Below are positions 37,211 through 46,367 of a stretch of 64,000 nucleotides of DNA, in pieces (position 1 is the first letter of the stretch; the number at the start of each line of letters is the position of its first letter). The DNA comes from an uncultured Opitutales bacterium (GTDB taxonomy: Bacteria > Verrucomicrobiota > Verrucomicrobiia > Opitutales > T3Sed10-336), in assembly GCA_964645585.1 (NCBI GenBank), contig CAZYAN010000013.1, positions 754 to 64,753 on the forward strand, in the 5' to 3' direction. A program made the translations under genes and the position numbers. The notes under the pieces were generated by a model. That model saw only the letters and a program-made list of their open reading frames with translations, searched no databases and was not told the DNA's origin.

Positions 37211-39958
37211 ATGAAGGAAGTATCCTCCGCCTCTTGCGAAAATTCAACCCTCCTTTTTACCGACTGTCCTAAAAAGTTGCCTGCCAGTGAAGACGTGTCG
37301 GAGATTGTGCAGCTGATTGTGAACGCTTGGTCACGTGGAAAATCATCCGCTGCTGGGGCGCCAGCAACTTTGCCGCGGGGAAAAAGCCGGTGCGGTCTTG
37401 CCGGGAACGAACTTTCCGCGAAAGTAGGGTCCCGGCGCGCCTATGCGGTCGATGATCGTGCGGCTTCGCGCTCTTTGTCAATTTTGGGAATCGTGCGTCA
37501 ACCATTCGTGAACACCCTTGAGATCAATCTCCAGGTTCCGGATCTCTGGCAGCAGGAAGCGATGCGTCTGCTCCGTCAGGGAAAGGATGTTGTTCTCCAT
37601 GCGCCGACGGGGGCGGGGAAGACGTATGTTTTTGAAAAATTCGTGGAGCGGGGATTTTCGGGGCGCGCGGTCTTCACCGTTCCGACGCGGGCGCTCGCGA
37701 ACGACAAATTGCATGAGTGGCGGGCGCGCGGGTGGGATGTCGGGATCGCGACCGGCGACCTTGCCGAGAATCTGGACGCGAAGGTTGTCGTCGCAACGCT
37801 CGAGACGCAGAAGTCTCGCTTTCTTAAAGGGGCGGGTCCGGAGCTGTTTGTGGTCGATGAATACCAGATGCTCGGCGACAGTTCGCGCGGTTTGAGCTAC
37901 GAACTCGCGCTGGCGCTGCTGCCGCCGGAGACGCGGCTTTTGCTTTTGAGCGGAAGCGTCGGCAATCCGGAACACGTGGTCGAATGGCTGCGGCGGATCG
38001 GACGGGATGCGGTTCTTGTTTCGCACGAGGAGCGAGCAGTCCCCCAGGAGGAGATTTTCCTCGAGGCGCTTGGCGGCAACGTGCCGTCGAGCATCACCGG
38101 ATTTTGGCCGCGGCTGCTGGCGAGGGCGCTGCTGGCGGACCTTGGTCCGATTCTTGTTTTTGCTCCGCAGCGAAAAGGGGCCGAACAATTAGCGCGAATG
38201 TTTGCCGGGGCGTTTCCGGTTGACGAGCCGCTGGCGCTTTCCGATGAGCAGCGCCGCCTGGCGGGGGCCAAACTGACGAGGATGCTCGCGCGCCGGGTCG
38301 CGTATCATCACAGTGGATTGAGCTACCGCCAGCGGGCGGGACTGATTGAGCCGCTGGCGAAGGCGGGCCAGCTGCGGATTGTGGTTGCGACAACCGGGCT
38401 GGCCGCGGGCATTAATTTCTCCATGCGTTCGGTGCTGATCAGTGACCGCGAGTATCGCGTCGGCAATTTTTACGAGGAAGTTCGGCCAGACGAACTGTTG
38501 CAGATGTTCGGGCGTGCCGGCCGCCGCGGGCTTGACGAGATCGGTTACATTTTAGTCGCTCCGGACCGTCCGCGATTGAGTGACGCTCGGCCGTTGTACC
38601 TGCGCCGGTCGCGTCAGGTCGACTGGCCGAGCTTGATCGGTGTCATGCAGGCCGCGGTCGAGGAAGGCCGTCCTCCGTTTAGTGAAGCACTTCGCACCTG
38701 TGAACGGCTCTTCAGCACGCAGAAGATTCCGCTTGGAGTGGAACACAGTTTGCGGTCGGGTCCGCGTCCGTGCGGTTTGATGGTCGATGGAGAGCGTGCG
38801 CATTTCGCGCGGCCGAGGGTGATCGAGATGCGCAATTCGCGTGGAGAATGGGAGCGCAAACCATCGATGCCGGTGGAGGCGGCGCTCGGGGAAGCATTGG
38901 TGTGGCGTGATGACCGGTGGCGCCGGGCCTTGGCTTCGGCAGACTCGCTCGACGACATTGGAAAGGGAAGCCTTTGCCGCCTGCCGGGGAAGCTCCGGAA
39001 GTATGGCCGGGCCATCGCGGCAGGGACAAGGGACACGAAGGATTTGTCCCGTGTGCGCCTTGTCAAACCGTTGCGGCGGGAGCTGCGTGCGCGGGGGATG
39101 GAGGTCGCGCAATCGCTGTCGGAAGAAGATTTTCGCTCGCGCATTGTGCCGCTCCTTTCCGAGATTTTCGGCGGCGGTCGCGTCGTGGATATCGTGCAAA
39201 AAGGCAACGCGGTCAACGTCCGACTCGATTATTCCGATGTGCCAGTTCGCGCGTGGCGTGATTCTCACGGTGCCAAACTGATGAATCCGCCGGAACGCAA
39301 GGAGTATCCGGAAGTTTGCCGCGCCTGCGATCAATTGCGAATTTGCACCGAAGAAATCGTGCGCAAGCTGTCGCCGGCGTACTCTTGGAGGAAGCTTGGT
39401 CTGATCGAAGCGGATGGGACCCCGACGCGGCGGGGCATCCTTTTCAGCTATTTCTATCGGGGCGAAGGTCTGGCTGTTGCGGCCGCACTGGAAGATGAAA
39501 GCTATTCCGTGAGCGACCTTGTCTACGATCTTGCCAATCTGCGGGCGGGACATCGTTTCGGGGAAGAAGAGATTGCTCGCGGTTCGCGCTTGGGGACGAT
39601 CTGTCGGGAAGTTTATCCGCCGGAGAATTTCCCCGGCTACCTCGAAGGAGGGGTGCCGCCCGGATTTGGGGATGGCGCCTCGGAGGTCTTGCGGGAGGCG
39701 GAGGCAAGTCCGGCGGCGAAGCGCGAACGAGCGGGCGACATCCTCCGTGCGGGTGATATTGAACGCGCGTTGCTCGAGTGGCGCAGCCTGTTGCGACAAA
39801 TCGCGCAGGCGCCGGATTATGCGTGGGAGCGGTGGCGGGAACTGCAATCGGAGGCGCGCCGGATGCTTGCGCGGACGGAACCGCTGGAATCGCGCCTCGA
39901 TTTTCCGCCGCTCACGCAGGCCCAGCGCCGGCGCTGCAGCCATGTTCTGCGTGTATGA
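37211..39958 (+). CDS. Ski2-like DEAD/DEAH-box (SF2) helicase with a long C-terminal extension
   Basis: Motif I 'HAPTGAGKTYVFE', Ia 'VPTRALANDK', II 'VVDEYQML', III 'SGS', V 'ATTGLAAGINFSMRSVL', VI 'QMFGRAGRRGLD'. The helicase core starts near 37520. The 5' end is ambiguous (ATG 37103, ATG 37211, GTG 37493 or GTG 37508). Confidence 0.85.
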   Translation: MKEVSSASCENSTLLFTDCPKKLPASEDVSEIVQLIVNAWSRGKSSAAGAPATLPRGKSRCGLAGNELSAKVGSRRAYAVDDRAASRSLSILGIVRQPFVNTLEINLQVPDLWQQEAMRLLRQGKDVVLHAPTGAGKTYVFEKFVERGFSGRAVFTVPTRALANDKLHEWRARGWDVGIATGDLAENLDAKVVVATLETQKSRFLKGAGPELFVVDEYQMLGDSSRGLSYELALALLPPETRLLLLSGSVGNPEHVVEWLRRIGRDAVLVSHEERAVPQEEIFLEALGGNVPSSITGFWPRLLARALLADLGPILVFAPQRKGAEQLARMFAGAFPVDEPLALSDEQRRLAGAKLTRMLARRVAYHHSGLSYRQRAGLIEPLAKAGQLRIVVATTGLAAGINFSMRSVLISDREYRVGNFYEEVRPDELLQMFGRAGRRGLDEIGYILVAPDRPRLSDARPLYLRRSRQVDWPSLIGVMQAAVEEGRPPFSEALRTCERLFSTQKIPLGVEHSLRSGPRPCGLMVDGERAHFARPRVIEMRNSRGEWERKPSMPVEAALGEALVWRDDRWRRALASADSLDDIGKGSLCRLPGKLRKYGRAIAAGTRDTKDLSRVRLVKPLRRELRARGMEVAQSLSEEDFRSRIVPLLSEIFGGGRVVDIVQKGNAVNVRLDYSDVPVRAWRDSHGAKLMNPPERKEYPEVCRACDQLRICTEEIVRKLSPAYSWRKLGLIEADGTPTRRGILFSYFYRGEGLAVAAALEDESYSVSDLVYDLANLRAGHRFGEEEIARGSRLGTICREVYPPENFPGYLEGGVPPGFGDGASEVLREAEASPAAKRERAGDILRAGDIERALLEWRSLLRQIAQAPDYAWERWRELQSEARRMLARTEPLESRLDFPPLTQAQRRRCSHVLRV

Positions 39959-40067
39959 GTGTGTCGGAGAAGAAACGAGGAGTTTGGCGTAGTTCCAAGC
40001 TTGCCGGTGAGCGCGCGCCGGGTGTTGACTTGCGTCGATGAGACGGAAACTCGTTCAGGAGATTTTG

Positions 40068-41540
40068 ATGGCGCGTCAGCGTGTGTATGCGGCGGCACCG
40101 CCGACGCCGTTGGAGCGTGTGACGATTCCGTCCTTGTCGGCGGATGTGTTTTTGAAACGGGAAGATTTGTCGCCGATTCACTCGTACAAATGGCGCGGCG
40201 CGTTTAACCGAATGGCGATCCTGTCGTCCGCGGAGCGGGAGAAAGGGGTGATCTGCGCGTCAGCCGGCAATCACGCGCAAGGGGTCGCCGCCGCGGCGAG
40301 AAAGCTTGGGGCTCGCGCGACGATCTACATGCCGCGGTCCACGCCGAAGATGAAACAGGCGGCGGTTCGCCTGCATGGCGGCGATGCGGTGGAGGTGGTG
40401 CTGGTCGGCGACACGTATGATGCCGCCTCGGCCGCGGCGCATGAGGCGGCCGCGGCGAGCGGTGCTGTCTTTGTGCATCCGTACGACGACTGGGCGACGA
40501 TGGGAGGGCAGGGGACCATGGCGGATGAGATTGTCATGTCGGGGGAAGGACCGTTTGACGTCGCATTTTTGCAGATCGGCGGCGGAGGAATGGCCGCGGC
40601 GGTGGCTGGCTGGCTTCGGACGTATTGGCCGGAGATGCGAATCATCGGGGTGGAAGGGCGTGACCAGGCATCGATGAGCGCGGCCTTCCAAGCGGGGGTG
40701 CCGGTGACGCTTGATTACGTTGACGTCTTTTGCGACGGCACCGCGGTAAAGCGGGCGGGGGATTTGACGTATCCACTTTGTCGTGACCTGCTGGATGAGA
40801 TCGTAACGGTTACAAACGACGAAGTTTCGGCGGCGATTCAGTTGCTGTGGGAGACGCGGCGCTGTGTGCCGGAGCCGTCGGGAGCGATGGGACTGGCCGG
40901 CTTGCTGCAGCGGCGGGAAGAGGTAGCCGGAAAACGGGCTCTTGCGATCATCTGCGGGGCGAACGTCGATTTCGCGCAACTCGGCCTGATCGCGCGTAAC
41001 GCGGGAGTTGGTGCCGCGCGCCGGCGTTATTTGCGATTTGAAATTGGGGAGCGGCCGAAGGCGATGCTCCGTTTGCTGCAGGAACAGCTCGCCGGGCTGA
41101 ATATTGTCGAGTTTCAATACGGCAAGCTGGATCCGGAGCGTGCTTGGCCGGTGATCGGTTTTGATGCCTCGCCGCCGGCTTATGAGCGGCTGGAGCGTCA
41201 ATTGCGGGAGGCGAAGATTCCGTTCTCGGAAGTGACGAACCAGGAGGATGTCGAGTTCAGGATCATTCATTATCGCGCGCGGATGATGAATCGGCCGTTG
41301 TTTATTAAACTGGAATTTCCGGAGCGCGTCGGTGCGCTGCACGATTTCCTCGAACAAGCCGGCGACCTGGCGAATATCTGTTATTTCAATTACAGTTACA
41401 GCGGTGAACGCGTTGGCCGGGCGCTGATGGGATTGGAGTTTGCGTCCGACGAGGAGCGGGCGCAATTTGAACAAGTGCTTGAGGCTGTCGGTTATGCCTA
41501 TTCGAAAGTGCAACAGCCGGCCCTGGAGCGGATTCTTTAA
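40068..41540 (+). CDS. ilvA: threonine ammonia-lyase (biosynthetic threonine dehydratase)
   Basis: PLP-lysine region 'EDLSPIHSYKWRGAFN', 'ASAGNHAQGVA', 'GGGGMAA', and a C-terminal regulatory ACT-like domain. I prefer the ATG at 40068 ('MARQRVYAA'). Confidence 0.92.
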   Translation: MARQRVYAAAPPTPLERVTIPSLSADVFLKREDLSPIHSYKWRGAFNRMAILSSAEREKGVICASAGNHAQGVAAAARKLGARATIYMPRSTPKMKQAAVRLHGGDAVEVVLVGDTYDAASAAAHEAAAASGAVFVHPYDDWATMGGQGTMADEIVMSGEGPFDVAFLQIGGGGMAAAVAGWLRTYWPEMRIIGVEGRDQASMSAAFQAGVPVTLDYVDVFCDGTAVKRAGDLTYPLCRDLLDEIVTVTNDEVSAAIQLLWETRRCVPEPSGAMGLAGLLQRREEVAGKRALAIICGANVDFAQLGLIARNAGVGAARRRYLRFEIGERPKAMLRLLQEQLAGLNIVEFQYGKLDPERAWPVIGFDASPPAYERLERQLREAKIPFSEVTNQEDVEFRIIHYRARMMNRPLFIKLEFPERVGALHDFLEQAGDLANICYFNYSYSGERVGRALMGLEFASDEERAQFEQVLEAVGYAYSKVQQPALERIL

Positions 41541-41551
41541 TTTTACGAGCA

Positions 41552-42739
41552 ATGTCAGGAAAGGTGGCGGCGGCAAGGGAAAGCGTTTCTTGTCTGCCCG
41601 TGCCAAACGGGGGGACGGTCGGACTGTACGTGCATGTGCCGTTTTGCTCGACCACCTGCGATTTTTGCGCGTTTTATCAGCAACGCCCTGAACGCGGAGA
41701 TTTTGACCGGTTTGTCGACGGGATTGAGCGGGAGCTGGAGCTGGTTGATCGGCCGATACCGGCGGCGACCGTTTTTTGGGGCGGAGGAACGCCGGGACTC
41801 CTGCCGCCGGAATCGATTCGGCGGCTTGGGCAGGCGTTGCGTCAGGCGATGGCCGAGGATCCGCTCGAGTGGACTGTGGAGCTGACGCCGGGGTGCGTTG
41901 GAAATGCCCGATTGGAAGCGCTGCGGGAGATTGGGGTGACGCGGATTTCGCTGGGGGCGCAGTCGTTTCAGCCCAGACTGCTCGATGCGCTTGGCCGCCG
42001 GCATCCAAGGGAAAAGATTTTTGCGGCGTATGATCTCTTGCGTCGGCACGCCTTTGAGAACGTGAATCTCGATCTGATGTTTGCGCTGCCCGGGCAGAGC
42101 CTCGATGAGTGGATCGGGGATCTTCGGGAAGCGGTGGCGTTGCAGCCGGAGCACCTCTCGACCTATTGCCTGACGTTTGAGGAGGACACGGCACTTTATG
42201 TAAAATTGGCGAACGGAGAAGTGACGATCGATGAAGAGAAGGAAGTCGCTTTTTACCGGACCGCGTGGAATGTTCTGGGTGAGGCGGGGTTTCAACAGTA
42301 TGAAGTTTCAAACTACGCCCGCCCGAACTATTCCTGTATTCATAATGTAAATACTTGGAGAATGGGGGAGTGGATTGGCCTTGGGCCGGCCGCGGCTTCC
42401 CAGAGCCGAGGATGGCGGTCTTCCAATCCCGCGAATCTTTCGGTTTGGCTGGAGGGACTTGCGTCCGGGATTCGCTCGACCGATCAGGTCACCGAAGTTT
42501 CTCCCGAATTGCTCGCGTGCGACCTGCTGATTTTCGGACTGCGAATGAATGCGGGAATCGACCTGGGGCAGGTTGAGGAGCGGCTGGGCCGTACGTTGCC
42601 GGCGAATGTCACGGCGGTGCTCGATCAGTGTGTCGAAGAAGATCTGCTGGAATGCGAAGAAAGATGGATCCGTCTGACCGATGCCGGTCGACTGGTTGCC
42701 GACCGAATCGGCGGCGAGATTCTTAGCGCGTTCGGCTAG
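41552..42739 (+). CDS. hemW: radical SAM heme chaperone HemW / oxygen-independent coproporphyrinogen oxidase-like protein
   Basis: 'LYVHVPFCSTTCDFCAFY' (CxxxCxxC), 'FWGGGTPG', 'RISLGAQSF', C-terminal HemN_C-like region. Confidence 0.9.
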   Translation: MSGKVAAARESVSCLPVPNGGTVGLYVHVPFCSTTCDFCAFYQQRPERGDFDRFVDGIERELELVDRPIPAATVFWGGGTPGLLPPESIRRLGQALRQAMAEDPLEWTVELTPGCVGNARLEALREIGVTRISLGAQSFQPRLLDALGRRHPREKIFAAYDLLRRHAFENVNLDLMFALPGQSLDEWIGDLREAVALQPEHLSTYCLTFEEDTALYVKLANGEVTIDEEKEVAFYRTAWNVLGEAGFQQYEVSNYARPNYSCIHNVNTWRMGEWIGLGPAAASQSRGWRSSNPANLSVWLEGLASGIRSTDQVTEVSPELLACDLLIFGLRMNAGIDLGQVEERLGRTLPANVTAVLDQCVEEDLLECEERWIRLTDAGRLVADRIGGEILSAFG

Positions 42740-42798
42740 TTTTTGGGAAAGGAAAAAATGGATGACAGCGCGCCGCATCCGCGTTGGATTGTCCTGTG

Positions 42799-44196
42799 AT
42801 GAAGATCAAAATCCAAGCAATCGTGGCTGCCCTGTTTCTTCTCCCCCTGGTCATTGCGTCAGCCGCGTTGAATATTCGCGACTTTGGGGCGGTTGGCGAC
42901 GGCGAAACCGATGACACGGAGGCGATCGAGCGCGCGGTCGCCGAAGGGGAGGGCGTTATCCAATTTTCGAAGGGGGATTACCGGATTACCCGCACGATCG
43001 AGGTGCGTCTCGACGAAGGGCGGCGGATCAGTCTGGATGGAGAATCCGGCAGCGGGCGAGTCTTGATGGCGGGGCCGGGGCCGGCGTTTCGTTTTATTGG
43101 AACCCATGACGGCACCGCGCTTGCGACGACGTTCGCCCAAGGAGTTCTGAGCCGCGAGCGGATGCCGCGGATCACCGGCTTGGAAGTTTTTGGCGCTCAC
43201 CCGGAGGCTGATGGCTTGGAATTTGTCCGAACAATGCAGGCGATTGTCTCGAATGTCTTGATTCGTGATGTTCGCGTGGGGATCCGTTTTACCGAGCGAA
43301 ACCGCAACGTAATCATCGACTCCGGCCATATCTACAATTGCGCGCAAGTCGGAATTTTATTCGACGAGGTCAACCTTCACCAAGCTGTCATTACGAGCAG
43401 CCATATCAGCTACAATAAAGGCGGCGGCATCGTAATTCGCGGCGGCGCGGTTCGAAATGTACAGATCACGGGCAACGATATCGAATACAACTACGACGAG
43501 GAGGCCGGGGAATCGAACGACGTTTTGATCGACGTCAGCCAAGGCGGCAGCGTCCGGGAAGGCACAATTGTCAGCAATACCATTCAGGCTCGCTACAGTC
43601 CCGGCGGCGCGAATATCCGTTTCCGCGGAAACCCGAAAGACCCCGCCAAGATCGGATTTTGGAGTATTTCGGGGAATCATATCAGCAATCAGCGGGTCAA
43701 TATTCATATCGACAGCGCCCGCGGAATCTCGATATCGGGCAACGACTTTATCCTCGGCCGGGATCAGACGCTGCTGATCGAAAACAGCCGGCATATTTCG
43801 TTTTCCGGAAACGTTTCCGATTATAATCCCGATTACTACCGGAACCCTCTTTACGCCGGAACGGAGAACGGCATCGCGATCCGTGACTCCGAGGGGATCA
43901 CGTTGAGCAGTTTTATTCTCGATGGCGCAGAGCAGGGAAGTTTGAAAGAGGGCGGCGCGGTAGAGATTTCCGGGAGCCGGAATATCACGATTGCCGCGAG
44001 TCAAATCCTCAACTTCGCCCATCGCGGCATCTGGGTCTCCGGGAGCGAGAATATCCGCGTCGCGGGCAATATCATCCTTGGAAAAACCGAAAGTCACGCG
44101 CCGGCCGTCACTGTCGCAAAAGACGTAAAAGGGGCCGTCATCCGCGACAACATCACTCGCGAAAACGAAGTTGCCGCGGAAGGGGAGCCGGATTGA
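42799..44196 (+). CDS. secreted pectate-lyase-superfamily (right-handed beta-helix) protein
   Basis: Signal 'MKIKIQAIVAALFLLPLVIASAA'. 'LNIRDFGAVGDGETDDTEAIERAV' is typical of Pectate_lyase_3 / tailspike-like N-termini. Repeated 'I.GN.I' coils. Visibly lower GC than neighbours. Confidence 0.85.
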   Translation: MKIKIQAIVAALFLLPLVIASAALNIRDFGAVGDGETDDTEAIERAVAEGEGVIQFSKGDYRITRTIEVRLDEGRRISLDGESGSGRVLMAGPGPAFRFIGTHDGTALATTFAQGVLSRERMPRITGLEVFGAHPEADGLEFVRTMQAIVSNVLIRDVRVGIRFTERNRNVIIDSGHIYNCAQVGILFDEVNLHQAVITSSHISYNKGGGIVIRGGAVRNVQITGNDIEYNYDEEAGESNDVLIDVSQGGSVREGTIVSNTIQARYSPGGANIRFRGNPKDPAKIGFWSISGNHISNQRVNIHIDSARGISISGNDFILGRDQTLLIENSRHISFSGNVSDYNPDYYRNPLYAGTENGIAIRDSEGITLSSFILDGAEQGSLKEGGAVEISGSRNITIAASQILNFAHRGIWVSGSENIRVAGNIILGKTESHAPAVTVAKDVKGAVIRDNITRENEVAAEGEPD

Positions 44197-44256
44197 AAAG
44201 AACGAATATCCCGGACACCCGCGGGTTGCTGGCAGCTGGAGGCTGGCTTGAGCCGA

Positions 44257-44442
44257 TTACTCGCGACGGGCAGACCGGGAAACCCGACGGGAGACGATCA
44301 AAGCGGCGAGGCCCAAGGCGCCGATAATGCCATAGGTGGAAGGTTCGGGAACCGGAGTAAACGCGGGATTAAACTGGAGTCCGCCAACGAGTACGGCCGC
44401 CGGGTTTTCACCGTTTGGGTTTCGAGCGTTACTCGCGCTGAC
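44257..44442 (-). pseudogene. orphan PEP-CTERM sorting-domain fragment (no start codon, no signal peptide)
   Basis: My own minus-strand translation between stop codons: 'VSASNARNPNGENPAAVLVGGLQFNPAFTPVPEPSTYGIIGALGLAALIVSRRVSRSARRE*'. This is a VPEP motif, a hydrophobic span and an Arg-rich tail. There is no in-frame ATG, GTG or TTG upstream of the motif. The stop codon of the upstream HAD gene lies 38 nt beyond the stop codon (44443-44445) that bounds this open frame. Confidence 0.7.
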
Positions 44443-44483
44443 TTAGAGTTTGTTAATTCGCGAATAGGGCCGCACTGTGCGGA

Positions 44484-45155
44484 TCAGCGGGTTGCGGCGG
44501 TTTCAGGTTCAAGGCCGAAGCCGTGGTGGCCGAGCTCGTAAAAATCAGTGAAAACCGCGTCGGCGCCGGCTTCGAGCAGCTGGTTGCGGCTGTGCGTGCC
44601 GGTGGTGACGCAGTAGCTTGGCATGCCGACGCCGCGTGCGGCGGCGACGTCCCATGACGAATCGCCGACGAGGCAGGTAGTCGCGGCAGTTGCCCCAAGT
44701 TCCGTGAGGACATGCTGGGCGAAGCGGGGATCCGGTTTGCGGTACGGGGTATCGTGCGAGCCGAAAACGGCGTCCAAGTACTGCGTCAGGCCGAGATGAT
44801 CGCAGATAGCCCGGGATCCCGGACCTTGTTTGTTTGTGAAAACCGCGAGCTGAACGCCGCGTTCCTTGAGTGCCGGCAGCAACCATTCCACACCGGGCAA
44901 AACCGTCACATCATCCAGAAAGATTTCGGAAAAGTGCTGGCGGTAGATCCGCACCGCGTCTTGATAAACGGCCGAATCGACCAGTTCTTTCATCGTCACC
45001 TCGAATGATCCGCCAACCGAGCGTTTCACCGCGTCGTAGTCGAGCTCGGGGAGGCCGAGTGTGCGGAACGTGTGCGCGTAGCAGCGGTAAATGACGTTGA
45101 AGTGGTCGATCAACGTACCGTCGAGGTCGAAGAGGATGGTTTTGAAATTTTTCAC
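44484..45155 (-). CDS. HAD-superfamily hydrolase (phosphoglycolate phosphatase-like)
   Basis: Motif I 'ILFDLDGTLIDHF', motif II 'AVFTNK', motif IV 'LVGDSSWDVAAA'. Confidence 0.85.
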   Translation of the reverse strand: MKNFKTILFDLDGTLIDHFNVIYRCYAHTFRTLGLPELDYDAVKRSVGGSFEVTMKELVDSAVYQDAVRIYRQHFSEIFLDDVTVLPGVEWLLPALKERGVQLAVFTNKQGPGSRAICDHLGLTQYLDAVFGSHDTPYRKPDPRFAQHVLTELGATAATTCLVGDSSWDVAAARGVGMPSYCVTTGTHSRNQLLEAGADAVFTDFYELGHHGFGLEPETAATR

Positions 45156-45288
45156 GGACGAAGCAAGAGGCTAGGCTTTTGGCGTGGAAGATCAAAACGG
45201 AAAGTGACAGCATTGGTCCCTTTCTTGATTTTCTGGCGAATCGGGCAAAAGTGGCGGTCTGGGCAGACTCGTCTCTTTTTTCTTTTCG

Positions 45289-45897
45289 ATGACCGGCAAC
45301 ACGACAGCGACCAGAATCCTGACAGAAGAATTTTATAATCGGCCGACGCTTGAAGTGACGCGCGGCCTTTTGGGCAAGCATTTGGTGCGGCGGTTCGATG
45401 ACGGGACCGAGATCGCGTGGGCGATTCAAGAAGTTGAGGCCTATGACGGTTGCGACGATCGTGCCTCTCACGCGAGCCGGGGTGTGACCCCGCGAACGGA
45501 GGTCATGTATGGGGCGCCGGGTTTTTTTTACGTCTACTTTTGTTACGGGATTCATTGGCTGCTGAACGTGGTGACGGGGCCGAAGGGGTATCCGGCGGCG
45601 ATCCTGATTCGAGGTGCCGGTGCGATTTCCGGGCCTGCACGTTTGACGAAGGCCCTTTCGATCGACGGCAGTTTCAACCGGCGGTCGGCGACGGAAGGTG
45701 AAGGTCTCTGGATTGAAGACCGCGGATTGCGAGTTCCGGCGGGGGAAATCGCGCGAACGCCCCGCGTCGGTGTGGCTTACGCCGGCCCGGTGTGGTCAGC
45801 GAAGCCGTATCGTTTTGTGTGGATGACCCAAGCTCCCGAATCGGCGGACGGAAAAACCAGGCGCGGGGCAACGGCCCGAAGGAAATCCGGCCGGTGA
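45289..45897 (+). CDS. mpg: DNA-3-methyladenine glycosylase (Mpg/AAG family)
   Basis: 'FYNRPTLEVTRGLLGKHLVRR', 'EVEAYDGCDDRASHASRGVTPRTEVMYGAPGFFYVYFCYGIHWLLNVV'. Confidence 0.9.
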   Translation: MTGNTTATRILTEEFYNRPTLEVTRGLLGKHLVRRFDDGTEIAWAIQEVEAYDGCDDRASHASRGVTPRTEVMYGAPGFFYVYFCYGIHWLLNVVTGPKGYPAAILIRGAGAISGPARLTKALSIDGSFNRRSATEGEGLWIEDRGLRVPAGEIARTPRVGVAYAGPVWSAKPYRFVWMTQAPESADGKTRRGATARRKSGR

Positions 45898-46367
45898 ACT
45901 CGTTCTTTGAGGTTGCTGTCTTGGCGGAACGGTGTAAATTTGGCAGCCAATGAGCCAAGCAGAAGTCCTTCCACGACCGTTGTGCCTTTGTGTGAGTGAA
46001 CGGATCTACCCCCGCGGGAGAGGACGAGGAAGCGTCGATTAATATTTTGTCTTTTCCTGCTCCGTGCCGCAAACGATTGATGATCTTGATGCTTGCCGCC
46101 TTCTCGTCCTGTCGAATTGTTGCCGGTCGGTGCGTACGGTCCGCGTTGCCTGAAAAGAAGGATTTTGCTAGTATCCGGCAGGAGAGTCGCTGAAACGGAG
46201 CAAGCTGAATTATTGTCGACCGATGGGATCACTGCACGAAAACCTGCCGACGCTAATTGTGGCGACGCCTTGAGAGTAAATATCCGATGGCTTTAAGCGA
46301 AGTTGGAGATCGTCAAGTGATACGATTACGTGGACCGGTTAACCAGCGAGTTCGCAATCGAGCTATT

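Noticed and set aside
40260-42311. 683-aa minus-strand ORF, the longest unexplained ORF in the track. It spans ilvA, the intergenic gap and hemW.
   Set aside because: It crosses two well-supported plus-strand genes and their intergenic spacer. Its sequence is extremely Arg/Pro-rich ('RRRQHGDRR'-like runs) and has no motifs. I treat it as a shadow ORF.
44248-44541. 97-aa plus-strand ORF in the gap after the beta-helix gene.
   Set aside because: No motifs. The opposite strand encodes an unmistakable PEP-CTERM tail, and the ORF's 3' part overlaps the HAD gene end.
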